Assembly (NCBI RefSeq): GCF_009914755.1
Contig: NC_060936.1
Source of the DNA: the human T2T-CHM13v2.0 reference genome, Homo sapiens
Strand: one strand, 5' to 3'
DNA: 64,000 nt
The notes beneath the pieces were generated by a model. It had not been told where the DNA came from. It was given only the letters and a program-made list of their open reading frames with translations, and did not search any database. Positions within the stretch are counted from its first letter, which is position 1. Every line of letters begins with the position of its first letter. The translations under genes were made by a program, and so were the position numbers. Below are positions 14,106 to 30,891 of this stretch, one piece after another.

Positions 14106-15369
14106 CTTTGCCTCCTTCCAAACTCCTTATCATGACTTTTCATAATTTTGCTTCTAGCCACCTATCTAGTAACTTCATTTGTAGTTATTCTCCCACCATA
14201 GGTACCTTATCATTCAACAATTCCGCATTATTTGTGGTATTTTTGGTTTGCCATACTATGTGCTTTATAAACCTGTCCTTTTGGCTATGTCTTTGCCAGG
14301 AATGTGCTTATCTTTTTTGACGAACAGGAAAATTGGCTTTTACTTATTCATAGTATTTAACTTAGATATCCTCACCCATGAAGAGTAAATTACTATCTTT
14401 CTCAGTTGTTGCATAGATATATTGTGTACTATATATACGTTTGCAAGTCTGTCTTTCTATTAAACTGTGATATCCAAGGACATAAGGACTTAATTTAATT
14501 CATTGTATGATTCCTAGCACTTAGTATTTTCACTCTGTTAACATTTGTTGCATAGATTACCTCACGAATACAGAATTCTTATCGATGGTAACCAGGCTTC
14601 TGCTTGAACCCTTCTAATAGTGGGAAATTTATAGTTGGAGAGCCAGTGATTACTTGTGGACAGACCTAAATTTTAGAAAGTTATTTTCATACAGGTTTGA
14701 AATCTGCCTACCTTTAACTTTCATTTGTCTGTTCTCTGGACCCATAAAGAGTTAGTCTCTGCATTCAGCATTTTCAAGTATTTGGGTACCAAGTATGTGT
14801 TAAGCACATTTCAGAAGTCTCTTGGTTGGAAATGAAAGAAAGCTGAAACATGTTAGGTTAAAAGAAATAAATTTGCTCTTTAACTTTGATTGTCTCCAGA
14901 CTTTTTGATTGTTCACCTCTACCAAGAATACATTTTTGAGGATACATCCTCAGTGTGGGTATATTTATCTGTACATTTTGTACATATATGATTATAACAA
15001 TACATTATGTACATTATAAAACACAGAGTATGGCACTTTTCAAAGGATAGTACAACATAAAAGTATCTTATTTTATGTATTGTAGTCTTTTCTTCTTACA
15101 TTCTGGTGGATTGTCTTACACATCCCTCTTCTCAGGGAGGTGTATACATACCATTTTAAAGGCCACCTATATATGTAATCAAACTGTATTATGGGCAGTG
15201 TTGGAGCTGGTCTTAGAGATGACTGTAGATAGCTCTGGGGGTTCTACTTTTTTCATTGCTGCTGCTGCTTTTTTTTTTTTTAAATGGCTTTACTCTTTCA
15301 GACTGGCTTCTTTCTGGAGCTAGGATCATGGCTGCTGCTGGCTTTGGGCTAATTTCTTCATAGCTTTTA

Positions 15370-15720
15370 TTGATTTATTCAACAAATTATGAATGGAGTG
15401 CATATCCTGAGCCAGATACTATTCTAGGTGTTAGAAATACAGCAGAGAGCATAAAAAAGAAGAATATTAAAGTGGTAAGTGCTATGCAGAGAATTAAAAT
15501 AGAGTGATGTGACAGTAATTAAGTGACTACTTTAGGAAAGCCTTTGTCTAGAAGAGACATTAAAGCTGAGATACGAATCAGAAGAAATAGCTAGCCATGT
15601 AAACATCAGGAGGAAGAGCATTCCAGGGACTGGCTAAGGCAAGATTTCTAAAATGGGACTGAACTTTTGCATGTTTGAGGAAGTAAGAGAAGGCAGTTGA
15701 GTTTAGAACTTAGTAGAAAA
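15370..15720 (-). mobile_element. L2 LINE 3' fragment
   Basis: ttattcaacaaat...gccagatactattctaggtgttagaaatacagcag. Confidence 0.65.
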
Positions 15721-16660
15721 GGAGAGTTTTGTGATCAGAGAGAAACAGAGCTTTTCTTCTTCCATCTCTAGTTGGAAACATCCCAGGGAAGGACTCTGAT
15801 GGATCCAGCTTGAGTCAGTTTCCTATCCCTAAGACTGATTATTAACGATGGGGACATATTTTGGTTTTTTTAGCTCACGTTGGACTAATTGTCTGTGTTT
15901 GTGGCTAGAAGAAGGTTTGGAGGAAGGGTTTTGGGTTGACAAAATTAAGAGATGCTACTTATTATGGACCTTGTGAGCCAAGAGCTTTTCATTATATCAG
16001 CTAAGAGTTCTGTCTTACCCTATTTGAAGATACCTGTTCTTTATCTTTGTTGACTTTTTATCAAGGCTAAACTTTTCATTATTCATTCTTCTCAGAAATG
16101 ATTCTTTAACCACAAGTATTACTTTAACATTGCATTGTACTTCTGAGGGTGAGAGATGGAAAGAGAAGATGGAAATCTCAGTGTATTTTGGGAATATATC
16201 CTTTCCATTCCCTTAATGTCCATTTATGTATAAAGGATATGTGTAATCTGGGGTCATTCTGTACTTCATTGCCTAAGGCAGGGAAATTGGCCAATGTATT
16301 TTTGATAGTGCTTCTTAAATTAAGTTGAAAACTCAATCCTCCATATATTCTGGGTAAGCAAGTTTTGGGGGGCATATTTTTGCTTCTTGGCTTTTGGTAG
16401 TATTAAAAGCTTTGATAACTTTGGTAGTGATGTTTGCATGGTTTGAATTATGTGCAGCAGTGAGTGGACATAATATTAAATAGTGGTATTTACTAGTAGG
16501 AGCAAAACTGAGTACTAAATTTCAATGTTTCTGAAATGGTGTGGTTGCAATAGGTCAATAGCTACATGCATATTTCTTGAAGTCACTGGAAATAGGTGCC
16601 TACACAGAAGCATGAGGCTAATTTCTACAAATAATTGAATATGAGATATACTGTTATTAA

Positions 16661-16998
<338 letters not shown>

Positions 16999-18898
16999 TT
17001 TATGCCATTATTTAATTTACAGTGTTCAAGCTAGGTTAGCTTTTACATTATAAAGCCAGATCTCTTACATTAGAGTATCAAGGTGAGCCTTCTGTGTTTG
17101 AGTGTTTAATTTAGATGTGAAATGTTTGATAGGACACTATACTAGAGGCTCTAAGAAATAGAGCTCTGTGGTGAATTTCTTTTCTTTACTATTACAGATT
17201 TCTAATGATACTTTTCTATGTTGTAATTTTGGGTTTGTACATGTGGGTTGTGAGAAATAAACTGGAAATCCTGTCTCTGTGGGTTGGAATCTGGTGTGGC
17301 TTCAAAAGGCAAACAAAATATTCTAGCATTTACATGCCAGGTAAATTTTTTAAATGGACTTTCCATAGGTTCCAAACTTCTGGGGCCAAATAATATAAAG
17401 TAATATTGTAGTTGCAGACAGACTTCTGTTGGCATACATTTGGTTTCTTAATTTATGATGGGACATCAATAGCTGATTAAGCAAACAACTAAAGAAATAT
17501 CTTTGTACATCCTTAGTACAGCTTGTTCCTGTTCATTTGTGACAAGTTGTTTGGGAAAGAGTTTTGAGATGGCATGCTAAGACTTGATTTCCTAAAAGTC
17601 TAGTGGGTTTTCTTTGTATTTTAAAAGTGAAGAGTGTATTTCAGGATTGAGAATTTTCTGCTTTTTATAAAAGACTTTATAATTGGGTAATTTTAGATTT
17701 TTAACTGTACTTAAATGAAGATGCACATGTTTTTACCCCCTCCTTTCTTCTATTAATAATTTATTAGATAATTTAAGAAAGGAATATTGTAGTATTATGG
17801 TGGCCAGATTTAGAAAGGTCTAGGTGAATTTACTGTCTTTCAGTTCACTTTATTCTTGTTTATATGAGTGGCTGGAGATATCACATATAATTTGAAGTTT
17901 ACATCTGGTTTTATGTTAAGTGAATCTGATTCAGGCACAGCTATCTTCAATGGTGATTTTCCCAGCTGTAAATTAGGAACTTGGCATTGAACACTATGTG
18001 GTTTTGTGTAAGCAGAATTTAGATTGTGATATTTTCTGTCGCTTCATAATTCTAATTTTAGACTTTCAAAGTAGGATAATTCACTCCAGAAAGTCTGAAA
18101 TCTGTGATTTTCCATACACTGCCAGGTACATTGATGTCAGTGGTTTGAATCAAACTGAATATCCTTTATAAAAAATATGGTGGATCATTTTATATATCTA
18201 CCTGTAGAATTGTGACCATGGGTTTTCTGTTTTTTTATTTATAAAAATGTAGGAGATTCTTTTTATTTGCATTTGAAAATTTCTTGGAAACACATAATAC
18301 AGTGATATTTATGGAATTTTCCTGCAGTGGTAGTAAATGTGAAGAGTGAGGGATAAGTTTAGAGCACAAGCCTCTTACTGGTCTTTTGCTTTACTTAAAA
18401 ATTTTTTTTTTCACTTTTCTAATTACTTGTCTGAATTGCACAGGGTTTCAGTTTGAATATTGCAGGTACCATGAAGTCTTTTCTTGTAGCTATTATGTAC
18501 TTGTGTGATGCCATCAACTAGATTATAAGTGCCTTGAGCATAGGGGTTACTATAAATTCATCTTTGTATTCTATTGTACTTAGCTTCTCACATAACAACT
18601 AATATAGGATAAGTATAATGAGTTTGTTGAATTAAATTAGATTGATCTGAATTAGAGGGGAGGAATTAGACAATAGAAAAACAGGGATGAACTTAGAGAA
18701 GCTAAGTTTTGTGGTCATTTGAGATACCTTGTTAATTTAGTTTTAAGTAATCAAGAGTGGTGATGTTTTATTCATCTTTAAAACTGTTATGACTGAACGG
18801 TCAGAAATGATGGTATGTCTTGTTCTGTTACCAACTAGCAATTTATGTTTCAGTAAACTGCTCTATGTGATAATTCTTGTGTTAAAAATACCATTACT

Positions 18899-19065
18899 CA
18901 AAAATTAGCTGGGCGTGTTGGTGCATGCCTGTAATCCCAGCTACTCAGAAGGCTGAGGCAGGAGAATCACTTGAACCCAGGAGGCAGAGGTTGCAGTGAG
19001 CTGAGATTGCACTCCAGCCTGGGCAACAGAGCAAGACTCTATCTCCAAAAAAAAAAAAAAAAAAA
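18899..19065 (+). mobile_element. 5'-truncated Alu (right arm only) with TSD
   Basis: TSD aaaaata[c/t]cattact at 18884-18898 and 19061-19075; TT/AAAA site; polyA tail. Confidence 0.9.
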
Positions 19066-20944
19066 TATCATTACTGGTTTTTGTTTCAGGGGATACATCT
19101 CATGAATTAACTGATTTCCTAAGTCTTTTTTTTCCCCAACCCTCCATTAAAAAAATTAATGTGTAATTTACATATATCACAAAATGTACAGATAGAGGGT
19201 GTATCGTGTGCTGAGTTCTGATAAATATATACCTGTGTAACAATACTCCAGTCAAGATACAAACATTTCGATCTCCTCAGAGAATTCCCTCATTCCCCTT
19301 GTAGTCTATCTTTCTCCATACCATTCTCCCCCAACCCCTGGTGTCTACTCTTCTGATTTCTGTTACATATATTAGTTTTGCCTATTCTTGAACTTCATAT
19401 AGATGAAATTTTATAACATGTATTCTCTATTACTGGCTTAATTTATCCAACATGTTTTTGATATTTATTATATTTGTGAAGCCTTTTTGAATAGTGTAGT
19501 GAAAAATGTTAGAGAACATCTCCTTGTTATTGGTGAGAAAATTTCTGTGAATGTTAATATTTAATTCAGAGATTAAAGAAGAATCTATGTAAAGTGACAA
19601 TACCTACAATATCCTTTTTTGACCCAAATAGGAAGTAGTTCTTTTGATACTTTGAATATTGAATATTGGAATAGCTTTGTGAATACAAGGTCCAGTTTAA
19701 TCTGGAAATTAAAATCTTCATTTATTTATTTTGTTAGCATAAGTCAATTTTGTCCTAATTATTGAACCCTGACTTCTCTGAGAAGATCATCTTTCAGGTT
19801 TGGGAGGAAGAAACTCTATTCTTACTTAGTTTTTAAACTCACATTTTTTTTTTCGTATTGTTAGATAAGGTTATATAGACATGAGCCTCTGTTACTTTAA
19901 CAGTGCTTTTGAAACAGCTAACAGTTCATTCTGGGATATAAGTCAAATATGTATTGCTTAACTCTTGGTATCATCTTTATTTTTTCAAAATTGTAAAATA
20001 CCGGTAAAATTGATCATCTTTACCATTTTAAAGTGTACAGTTCAGTGGCATTAAGTAAATTACATTGTTGTGCTGCCATCACTATCATGCATCCACAGAA
20101 CTCATCTTGCAAAATGGAAACTTCATCATTATTTCTTAATTTAAAAAGCATTTTTCAAAAAGGGATTATAATATTAGCTCCTTTATCCATTTAAATTGGT
20201 CCCATAATTAAGTTTATAAAAATATTTTTGGCTAAAATGGATAGTCATGAAAATGATATGTACATGCTTTATAACATATTTGTAGTGTAGCCTTTTGGTA
20301 TTAGACCCAAATCTTTTCTATGAACACAGGTCTCCTTATTGGAATTTATTGTAAATTTTTCTTAAATCACACCTTTAAATATCCTCTTTAATTTCTAAGT
20401 GTAGTGAGACAGTTGCAAAATAGTCTCAGTGGAGATTGTCCTAAATTTTTATAGTCTTGTACTTGACAGAATTTTTTTAAAAAGCAAGTGGTCCTTATCA
20501 AACTGTTACAAATAGTCAACTTTTTCATGGAAACAACTACTTCTGCTGCTATCTTACAGATTTTAAAAGATATTTAGTGAAATTATACATTAATAGACAT
20601 AACCCAGATAAAAATGTTTGGAAACAAAAATAACTGTTTCTTGATAGTATACAGTTCAGCTAATGGGAGCATGAGTGCTAGGTCTTGTCTTATTAACCAC
20701 TACCCCTTCCTTCACACTGTGAGAATCAAAGGTAATGGAGAGCATTGGTTAACATCATGACACATGAATTTGTTATGTGGCAGATAATGCAAAGAACTTG
20801 TAGCATGGATAGTAAGTTGATAATTTGAAAGTTTTTTTTTTTTTTAAAGTTTCAGTATCTTACAGCTACCAATTGTCAGTCTTCTTTTCTATTGTTATAA
20901 ATAGGGAGTTTGTTCATACTGTAAAATAAAATTACAGTTTTTGT

Positions 20945-21390
20945 TTGTTATTTATTGCTGTTTAACAAGCTACCCCAAACTTAGCAGCTTAAACAACTGT
21001 GTCAATTTGCTCATGATTTTGTGAGTCAGGAATTTGAGAATGATTTTGCTGGTCTTTGCATAACTGGCAGAGTGCAAGTTTGATTAGGTGTTTTCTGTCT
21101 TCATGTGCTCTCTCCACATGGCTAGTTTGGGCTTCTTTACAGCATGGTAGTCTCAGCATAGTCAAATTTCTTATATGGAGGGTCGTTTTCTCCAGAGTTA
21201 AGTATTCATAAGACAGGAAGTGGAAGGTGCCTATTTCTTAAGGCCTGGGCCCAGAAAATGGCACATATCTCACCCATGCTACTGGTCAAAGATACCACAA
21301 AGCTCACCCACATTCAAGGGGAGGAGACATAGACTGCTTCTCTGTAGAAGGCACACCAAATAATTTGTGGCCTTTTAAAATCTGCCAAAG
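20945..21390 (-). mobile_element. MLT1-family MaLR LTR
   Basis: tattgctgtttaacaagctaccccaaacttagcagcttaaacaac. Confidence 0.65.
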
Positions 21391-23302
21391 GTTTAAATGG
21401 TGTATATAATTAATGGCATTCTTATTTTTAAAATCCTGAGAATATTTCTGGTGGATGTCAATGTTAAAGACTATGGAGGAACACATAGGTCTACATTTAA
21501 CTGATTCAAATTATAAATGAGTATGAAACAACTAGAGAGAGTAAAACTGACAAAGGATAGAATGCTGGGCACAACTTCATTATAGTAAGGACTACTGTAA
21601 AGTTTCTATTTATTAATCCAACTCTTGTTCTCCCACCATTAGGTTTCAGTTAATGCCGCATAGCATTAAAAAAAAAAAAAAGACGAGGAAAATGAAGCTC
21701 AGTAATGTGTATAGATGAATTTGAGTTACAATCTTCTGGCATGCTGCAAATCCCATTTGGATTCCTGGTAACAGACATTTTAGACTACAGTATGAGATAA
21801 TTTTGTTGAGTGGACTAGGTCTGAGTATCATGTTTGAGAAGGCAGCATTTAAAATGAATTTGACATTTATAAGTATTTTTTTTTTTGGTACTTAAGCTGT
21901 GCGTAGTGTTATTTTTGTGTATGAGGAGGTAAATTTTACCTTGGATTGTTAAATATAGTGTCTTATATCATCTGTAATCATAAAGGACAGATTTTCTCAG
22001 TAACATTTTGTCAGTGACACAATTTTTCATGACCAGTGAATGCTAGCTGAAGAAACTGAAAATTTTCTGAAATTGTCAGTATAAATCATTTATTTCAGTA
22101 GACCTTGCTATGCTTTGCTGTTGGAAGTAAATATAACTTTTCCTAAGATTAGTCAAAATTCACTGAGTTTGTGTCATGCTTTGTTAGATGCTGAGAATAG
22201 ATCAAAGTTTGATCTCTATATTTTATTTAATTGATATCAAATGAACATAATTAATGATGATGTTGAATTTTTTTTAATACAAGTATGAAAATGCCCTTTC
22301 TCTTTGTGATTGTTTGGTACTAGTCATTAACTTTGTTCCCATTTTGTATAAATATTATGTATTAGAAGTTAGAGGCAGTTTTCTGTGAAGAGTATTTCTA
22401 CTTGATTTTATGTTATTTGATAAATAGATGTTTTGAATAGCAGCATAAAATTAAATGTATAAATTTAATATTATTGCTGTATTGTAATCTTTTTCTGTTT
22501 AATTTTTTGGCTTGCATTATTTTAGTCGAGTAAAGTATTTTGTATCTGTTATTTTTATGGTAATATATCTTTTCTTCATATAAAATAAAATTTGAGACCT
22601 CTGCATCCAAAATACTAAATATAAAAGTTTATAAATTATATTAAAATATGTCTCAGATTATATAGAGTGATGCGTAGTCATTGTTACCTTCAAATTAGCC
22701 ACTTGGTGAAATATGTCACTTTTTAGTCGCTAGACTATGTTTGAAAGCTGTAAAATACTGGCGAGCCACAATTTAGGACCACGTAAAATGTGAAAATCGG
22801 GTTTATGGAAACAGATTAGAATTTATTTTCATTATGGAATGTTTTGTTTCAAAGTTTGTTGAAAAAATATATTTTGATGTATAATAAAGGTATATAGTAT
22901 GATGTTTGTGAGATTATTTTTCAATAGTTTAAAAATACTTTTTTATTTTATGTAACAATATAATGGTACATTTCAAGTAAAAAATTTGTTCAAATCTCTA
23001 TCTCCCTTACAAAGCTAATGATTTTATGTCCCCCTTTAATCTGTTTTATTTGAATATAGTAGGGACTCTTTTTAGAGACTTCTTTTATAGAAAATTGTAG
23101 GTAGAAGTGTATACAAGTAAGGTAGTGTATGCTAATGAAAATGGAAAATAGATCACTAAAATTTTGTTTGTGTATCTCATATTATATTGTAAGTGATTTA
23201 ATTATTTTCTTTGATTTTCATGCAACTCTAAATATATCCCTCACTAATAGTTATGTTTAATTTCTCCCATCCATTTATGTTAATACATACATACATGTGT
23301 AT

Positions 23303-23309
<7 letters not shown>

Positions 23310-23356
<47 letters not shown>
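23310..23356. repeat. (CA)n microsatellite, about 23 units
   Basis: Directly visible. Confidence 0.95.
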
Positions 23357-23357
<1 letters not shown>

Positions 23358-23374
23358 TTTTTAAAAAAAGTTGT

Positions 23375-23863
23375 TGTAGGCAGAATAATGTCCTTCAAAG
23401 ATATTAGGTCTTAGGAACCTGTAAGTGTTACCTTGTGTGGAAAAGGGTTTTTGAAGATATGGTTAAGTTAAGGGTCTTGAGATGGAGAGATTATTCTAGA
23501 TTATCTGTGCGGGTCCTAAATACTATCACAAGTGTCCTCATAAGAGATAAACAGAGGCATAATCTACAGACATACAGCAGAGAAGACAGTGTGAAGATAG
23601 AGTAGAAAGAGATTTGAAGATACTAGCCTTGAACATTAGAGTGATGAGGCTACAAACCAAGGAATACCAGCAGCTATCAGAAGCTGGAACAGGCAGGGCA
23701 TGGATTCTCCCCTAGAGCCTCCAGAGGGAGCCAGCCTTCCCAACTCTTTGATTTCAGCCCAGTTTGAACTTCTGGCCTCCAGAATTGTGAGAGAATAAAT
23801 ATCTGTTGTTTTCAGCCACCAAGTTTTGGTAATTTGTGACAGCAGCCACAGGAAACTATTATG
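23375..23863 (+). mobile_element. MLT1C/D-like solo LTR
   Basis: tgtaggcagaataatg...ttctcccctagagcctccagaggga...cagcagccacaggaaacta. Confidence 0.85.
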
Positions 23864-24189
23864 TGTGAATATACATTTTTGAAATCACTGAAATATTTAA
23901 TCATAGAATAGGAAGGGATCCCCGTCTTAATTGACCGGCTCCTCTCTTCCTTTGACTTGAACATATTCACATGTGGACTTCTCTACTCTTTTTACTATTA
24001 TTACATCCTTATACATTGGGTCACAGCTTTAATATCAGCTCCACAGATGAGCCCTCTTTTACTAATTAATTCTTAATTTTTTCCCTATATCAATCCCTTT
24101 TTTGTTTTCTGTATCATTCATCATGTACATTCTTGGGGCGAGGAAAATCTTAACCCCCATTGTAAGTCTACAACCTATAAAGAAAGATA

Positions 24190-25400
<1,211 letters not shown>

Positions 25401-26674
25401 AGAGGGTATTTGAGGTAGGGAAACATGACTACTAATTTATGCTTTAAAGTTAAAATTAACATTTATGTGTTTATGTATAAAGATTTTTTTAAAATTGCAT
25501 GTGATGGCATTAATTAGTATAGCTCCTGTGGAAAGTGATGCAGTAAACCCTGTCAAGCAGTGTTCATACTCTTTGAGCTAATCATTCTATATCTGGGAGT
25601 TCATATTAAGGTATTAAATTAAAAGAAGAAAAATGTTAATGTGTGAAGTCATCATTGTGCTATTATGTAATATGGAATATTATATGCTAGGAAATATAAT
25701 AAAGTGTATCCAACATAAACTCATGCTGAAACTTCCTCTTTTTGGACTTTACATCCAGAAAAATTGTTGTCATATTGATGGGATGTTACACACAGGTAAA
25801 TAATACAATTATGAAGAGTACAATGATAAAGGCTGTTACTTAGAACTATAGACTATATAATAAATGAAAAAGAACTTATAATTGCATGTAGAATTAAAAT
25901 ATATATGTATTTATTTGAGTACTAGAAGGAGATAAGATAAAATGAAAACAGTGTGGGGGGATTATAGTAAATTGTTTTTATCTTGTTTTGACAAATCTGG
26001 AGAACAGTGTTGCTCAAATATTAGCAAAATTTAGAAGAAACACTAAAATTTAATATCCAGCTCTTGTAACTGTGGAATATATTTTCTTTATAATAAAACA
26101 ATTTTGTAATTTTGCATAGGCATTGGCAGAATGTTTAAATTTGGAATCAGATTGGTATTTCTGTCAATACTTACTCTGAAAGCTGCAGTGTCATCATGAG
26201 TTATTAAAGATAAATCTTTGGTTTCATGTGCCATATTTCTTACTAGGAGTAAAACTAGGTCTAAGTCCATTTTACGCTTTCTAATAGTTTCCTTTTATCT
26301 GTTGATTCCCTCTTATGCATGTTTTCTACCGTTTTCACTGTATTCTTGTATTAATCACAGTTTTTAAAAAGTTTTTGTCTTAATGCTTTAACGAATAGAT
26401 TATCTCTTGGTCTAGTTTTATTGATTACTTCTTGACTTTTTTTTCCTTTTTGTTTATCTCACAATTTTTGTCACCCACTGTAAAAAACTGAGATAAATTA
26501 TATTTATTCTCTGAAATGGGAACACCTATTCTTCTGTCAGGTCATTGGTTTGTGTTTCTAAAATATACTAAACTAATGTGTTATGAAGCTAAGGCAGATA
26601 GGTGATAAATTTGTAAAGCAATTGAAGGAAAAACTCAGTAAGTCAAAACACATTTTAAAAGAGACACGTTTAAA

Positions 26675-27300
26675 GTTTTTTTTATATAAATGGAATCGTG
26701 CATTATGTGACCTTTTGGGATTGGCTTTTTTTTTTCACTCAGTGTAATACCTTTGAAATCTCTCCAACTTGCATGTATCGGTAGTTCTTTCCTTTTTATA
26801 GCTGATAAGTATTACAGTGGTAGAGATGTGGCACAGTTTGTTTAACCATTCACCTATTTTAGGACATTTTGGTTGTTTCCAGTTTTTGGCTATTACAAAC
26901 AAAGCTATGAACAATCATGTACTGATTTTTGTGTGGACATAAGTTTTCATTTTCCTGGGATAAATACCTAGGAGTACAATTGCTTGCCCTTATAGGAGGT
27001 ATATATTTAATTCTTAAAGAAACTGAACAACTGTTTTCCCAAGTGATCATACTGTTTTACATTCCCACCAGAAAAAGTGGATCTTTCAAACCACAAATGT
27101 TTGAAAGAGCCACTTTCTCCACATCCTTGCCAGCATTTGGTATTGTCATTACTTTTTATTTTTGCTAGTCTGGTAGGTATGTGGTGGTGTCTCATTGTGG
27201 CCTTAATTTCCATTTCTCTAAAGATTGGTGATGTTTAACATCTTTTTATTTGCTTAGTTGCTATCCCCTTTGTATATCTTCTTTGGTGAATGTCTCTATC
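26675..27300 (-). mobile_element. L1MB-type ORF2 3' end/3'UTR
   Basis: ORF 27007-27213 MEIKATMRHHHIPTRLAKIK..TKCWQGC resembles the L1 ORF2 C-terminal region. Confidence 0.8.
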
Positions 27301-27801
27301 TTTTGTCTATTGAAAAGAACATGCTTTCTTTTCATATGTGCATGGAACCTTCACCAGAATAAACCATATCCTTGGTCATAAAACAAATTTCAGTAAATTG
27401 AGAAGCATTTCCTGTTCTTTTTTCCTGAAAAAGTTTGTGTAGAATTTGTGTACTCTCTACTGACTCCTGGTATTTGTCTGGTTTCAGAGGGTGGGAGGGT
27501 TTTCTGCCTTTCCCCCAAGTGGCAGCTTGCAGTTTTGCTTTGTATGAAGAATAGTTCTAGGATATGAGTAGCTAATCATTTCCTTCATTCCTGTACCATA
27601 AGAAAAACTCTCTCAGGTAATCTAATCTGTCCTCATCTTTCTCTAGAGTTCTCGATGCGCATTTGGGTTGTTTGTGGGGTTTACTATTGCAAACAGTGTT
27701 ACCATGAATATTCTTGTGCAAGACTTTTGGTATCCGTGTGTGAGAGTTTCTCTAGGGCATGTTACTAGAAGAGGAATTTCTCAAAGTATACCTGTGTTCT
27801 T

Positions 27802-28122
<321 letters not shown>

Positions 28123-28199
28123 TTAGGACTGATCACCTTGTTATCATATAAAGTTGTTATAATATACTGTCATATTAAATATACTGTCATATTTTTCTT

Positions 28200-29530
28200 C
28201 TAATTTTGTCTTGAGGTCTCTCAAGTGGCTGTAAACTCTAGCCCTGCCCTGAGGGGGTGCCAGGGGATTTGGTCATATGATGCTTATAATGGGCCTTTCA
28301 CAGGATACTTCTTTATCCCTGTGGACAGCCTAAGTGTTTGACATGTGACCCAGATGTCCTTCTCATTACAAACAAAGAAGCTTGTTTATACTGGCAGGTG
28401 CCCTTTTGGCGCTTGCCTGACTTGTGTCCAGTTTATTCTTAACAAGTTAGCTATTCTGTAGGAGAGCCCTGACCAGGAAAGGAGTTAGATTTAGATGTGT
28501 TGGTCAGGTGAGACACAGAGGAGGCAGCACAACCAAACATAGGAAATAACAGAAGCAGTATATTACTTACGGATCCCACAGAAAAGAGGGCAGCATGTTT
28601 CTCAGGGCCAGATGGGAAAGGGGAAGCCATCTGGGACTTGGAGGCTCCACCAGTGGGTGGGGAGAGAGAGAGAGAGAAAGAGAGGGAGAGAGCAAGGAAC
28701 CTGTGAGTCAAAGCCATTATTGGGGTCTAGGTTGTTATCAAAGAGTTTCCCTGCAGGGAATTCTAACTGTGGGTGACGTGGTTTGGATCTGTGTTCTCAC
28801 CCAAATCTCAGGTCAAATTGTAATCCCCAGTGCTGGAGGTAGGGCCTGGTGGGAGGTGCTTGGATCATGGGGACAGTTCCTCACGAATGGTTTAGCACCA
28901 TCCCCTCTGTGTGGTGCTGTTCTTGTGATAAGGAGTGAAGTTATCCTGAGATCTGGTTTAAAAGTGTGTAGCGCCTGCCCCCCTCTTGCTCCTACTTCTG
29001 ACATGTAAGAGGTGTCTGCTTCCCCTCTGCCTTCTGTCATGATTGAAAGTTTCCTGAGGCTTCCCCAGAAGGCAAGCAGATGCCAACATTGTTTCCTGTA
29101 CAATCCTGTACAACCTGCAGAACCGTGGGCCAATTAAACCCCATTTCTTTATAAATTACTCAGGCTCAGGTATTTCTTTAAAGCAATGTGAGAACGGACT
29201 AATACAGTGGGTTTACAGCAAACAGACTTCATTTCCTTGGTCACGCTGTGACTGAGAGATGGTCACTGCAGCTTATCTGGGCAGTCCGTGCAGGGTATGG
29301 GAGTCAGTAGGGTGAGTCAAGTAGGTTGTATCCAGCTGTCCCATAGGGAAGTGGTTACTGGGAGGCGATCGTATAAGGTAGATATCTGGAACAACAACAT
29401 AGAGGAACTGGGTGGAGGCAGACAACTGGAAACTGTGTCGAGTGTGACTAAGCCCAGTTTCTGATATGAGAAAGTTAAACATGTTTAAAATGTATGCCAA
29501 GGCAACATAAAATTATTAGAATTCACTACA
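28200..29530 (-). mobile_element. ERV-class LTR sequence (MER77/MER68/LTR47-like; subfamily uncertain) hosting an MSTA
   Basis: Right end reads TGTAGTGAATTCTAATAATTTTATGTTGCC on the minus strand; left boundary approximate. Confidence 0.5.
28774..29206 (+). mobile_element. MSTA solo LTR
   Basis: TG...CA termini (tgacgtggtttggatctgtg / gaacggactaataca); 5-bp TSD gtggg at 28769 and 29207. Confidence 0.9.
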
Positions 29531-30469
29531 TTCACCAAAAATATATAACATCAAATAGGTAGCAAAATTTGATAGATTGGTATACGTAAATTAGTACCTC
29601 TACTATTAAAGTGGGAAATTTTAAATTAACATTTGTGGTTATTGGTAGATAAAAAAGTCAGCAAAGGGTATACAATATATGAAGAATACAGTTCATGGAC
29701 ATATACAGAATTCAATATATAAAGAATGAAAAAGAGATATATAACATAAATCAGAGATTAAAAGGAAAATGAGAATACTGTTAATTATATGTGACCTATG
29801 TAAAAATAGACATTTCTAGGAAAATATTACTTGTAAAAACCGAGGGAGAAATTAAAAGTCTGAATCTTCCCACAAAGAAAGCAACAAGCCCAAGTGATTT
29901 GCCAATAAATAAGTCTCTACCAAAATTTTGAGAAATAGATTATTCCAATCTGTTGCAATCTTTTAAAATTAATACAAACAGAGGATAATTCCCCAGCAAG
30001 TTCTGAAAGCCCAGCATAATCCTGACATCCAAATCAAATGAAGACACCAAAACAGATGACAATTACAGATGTATTTCACTTTTAATATAGAGCTGGTAAT
30101 CCCAAACAGGACAGTAGCAAATTGAAACCAACATTTAAAGAAGACAAACATCATTGCCAAATTGGATTTTTCCCAGGTATGCAAGGATGATTTACTAATA
30201 AATGATCCATAAATGTAAGCAACATTTACATTGATAGATTAAAAGTGAAAAACTGTATAATTAAAATAGATACAGAAAATCATTTGATAATCAGCATAAA
30301 TTCATGATAAGAATGCTTAGCAAATTAGGAAAAGAGGGAACATCTCTAAACTGTCAAGAAATATTTAAAAAACAACCAGTCAACCAACCATCATCAGCAA
30401 TCTTCCTAAATGGGGATAGATGAAAAGATTCTCTTAAAGTCAGAAATGATAAAAGCATGCTTATCACAT

Positions 30470-30579
30470 GTTCTGATTATTATTGCTGTATAACAAATCC
30501 AAATTTAATGGCACAAAACAGCTGTTTTATTATGCTTATGAATTCTGAGGGTCAGAAACTTGGACAATGTAGAAGAAGG

Positions 30580-30614
<35 letters not shown>

Positions 30615-30890
30615 GCTCTACTCTTTTCAGTGCCTCAGTTGGGATGATGTGAACGTTGAACACTGGAGGTGACTTGCTGGCTAGGGGCTGGATTCATCTT
30701 AAAGTATCTTCATTTATATGTCTGGTGATATGATGCTGGCTGTTGGCTGGGAACTTAATTAGGCAGTCAGTTGGAAAACTTACATACGGCTTTTCCATGT
30801 GATATCTCAGTGTGGGCCAGTTTGGTCTGTCTCACATAATGGCATCTAGGCTCCAAGAGCAAGCAATACAAGAGCAAAAGACAGAAGCAC
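30470..30890 (-). mobile_element. MLT1-family LTR, truncated, containing a T31 run
   Basis: tattgctgtataacaaatccaaatttaatggc...gctggctgttggctggga. Confidence 0.65.
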
Positions 30891-30891
30891 A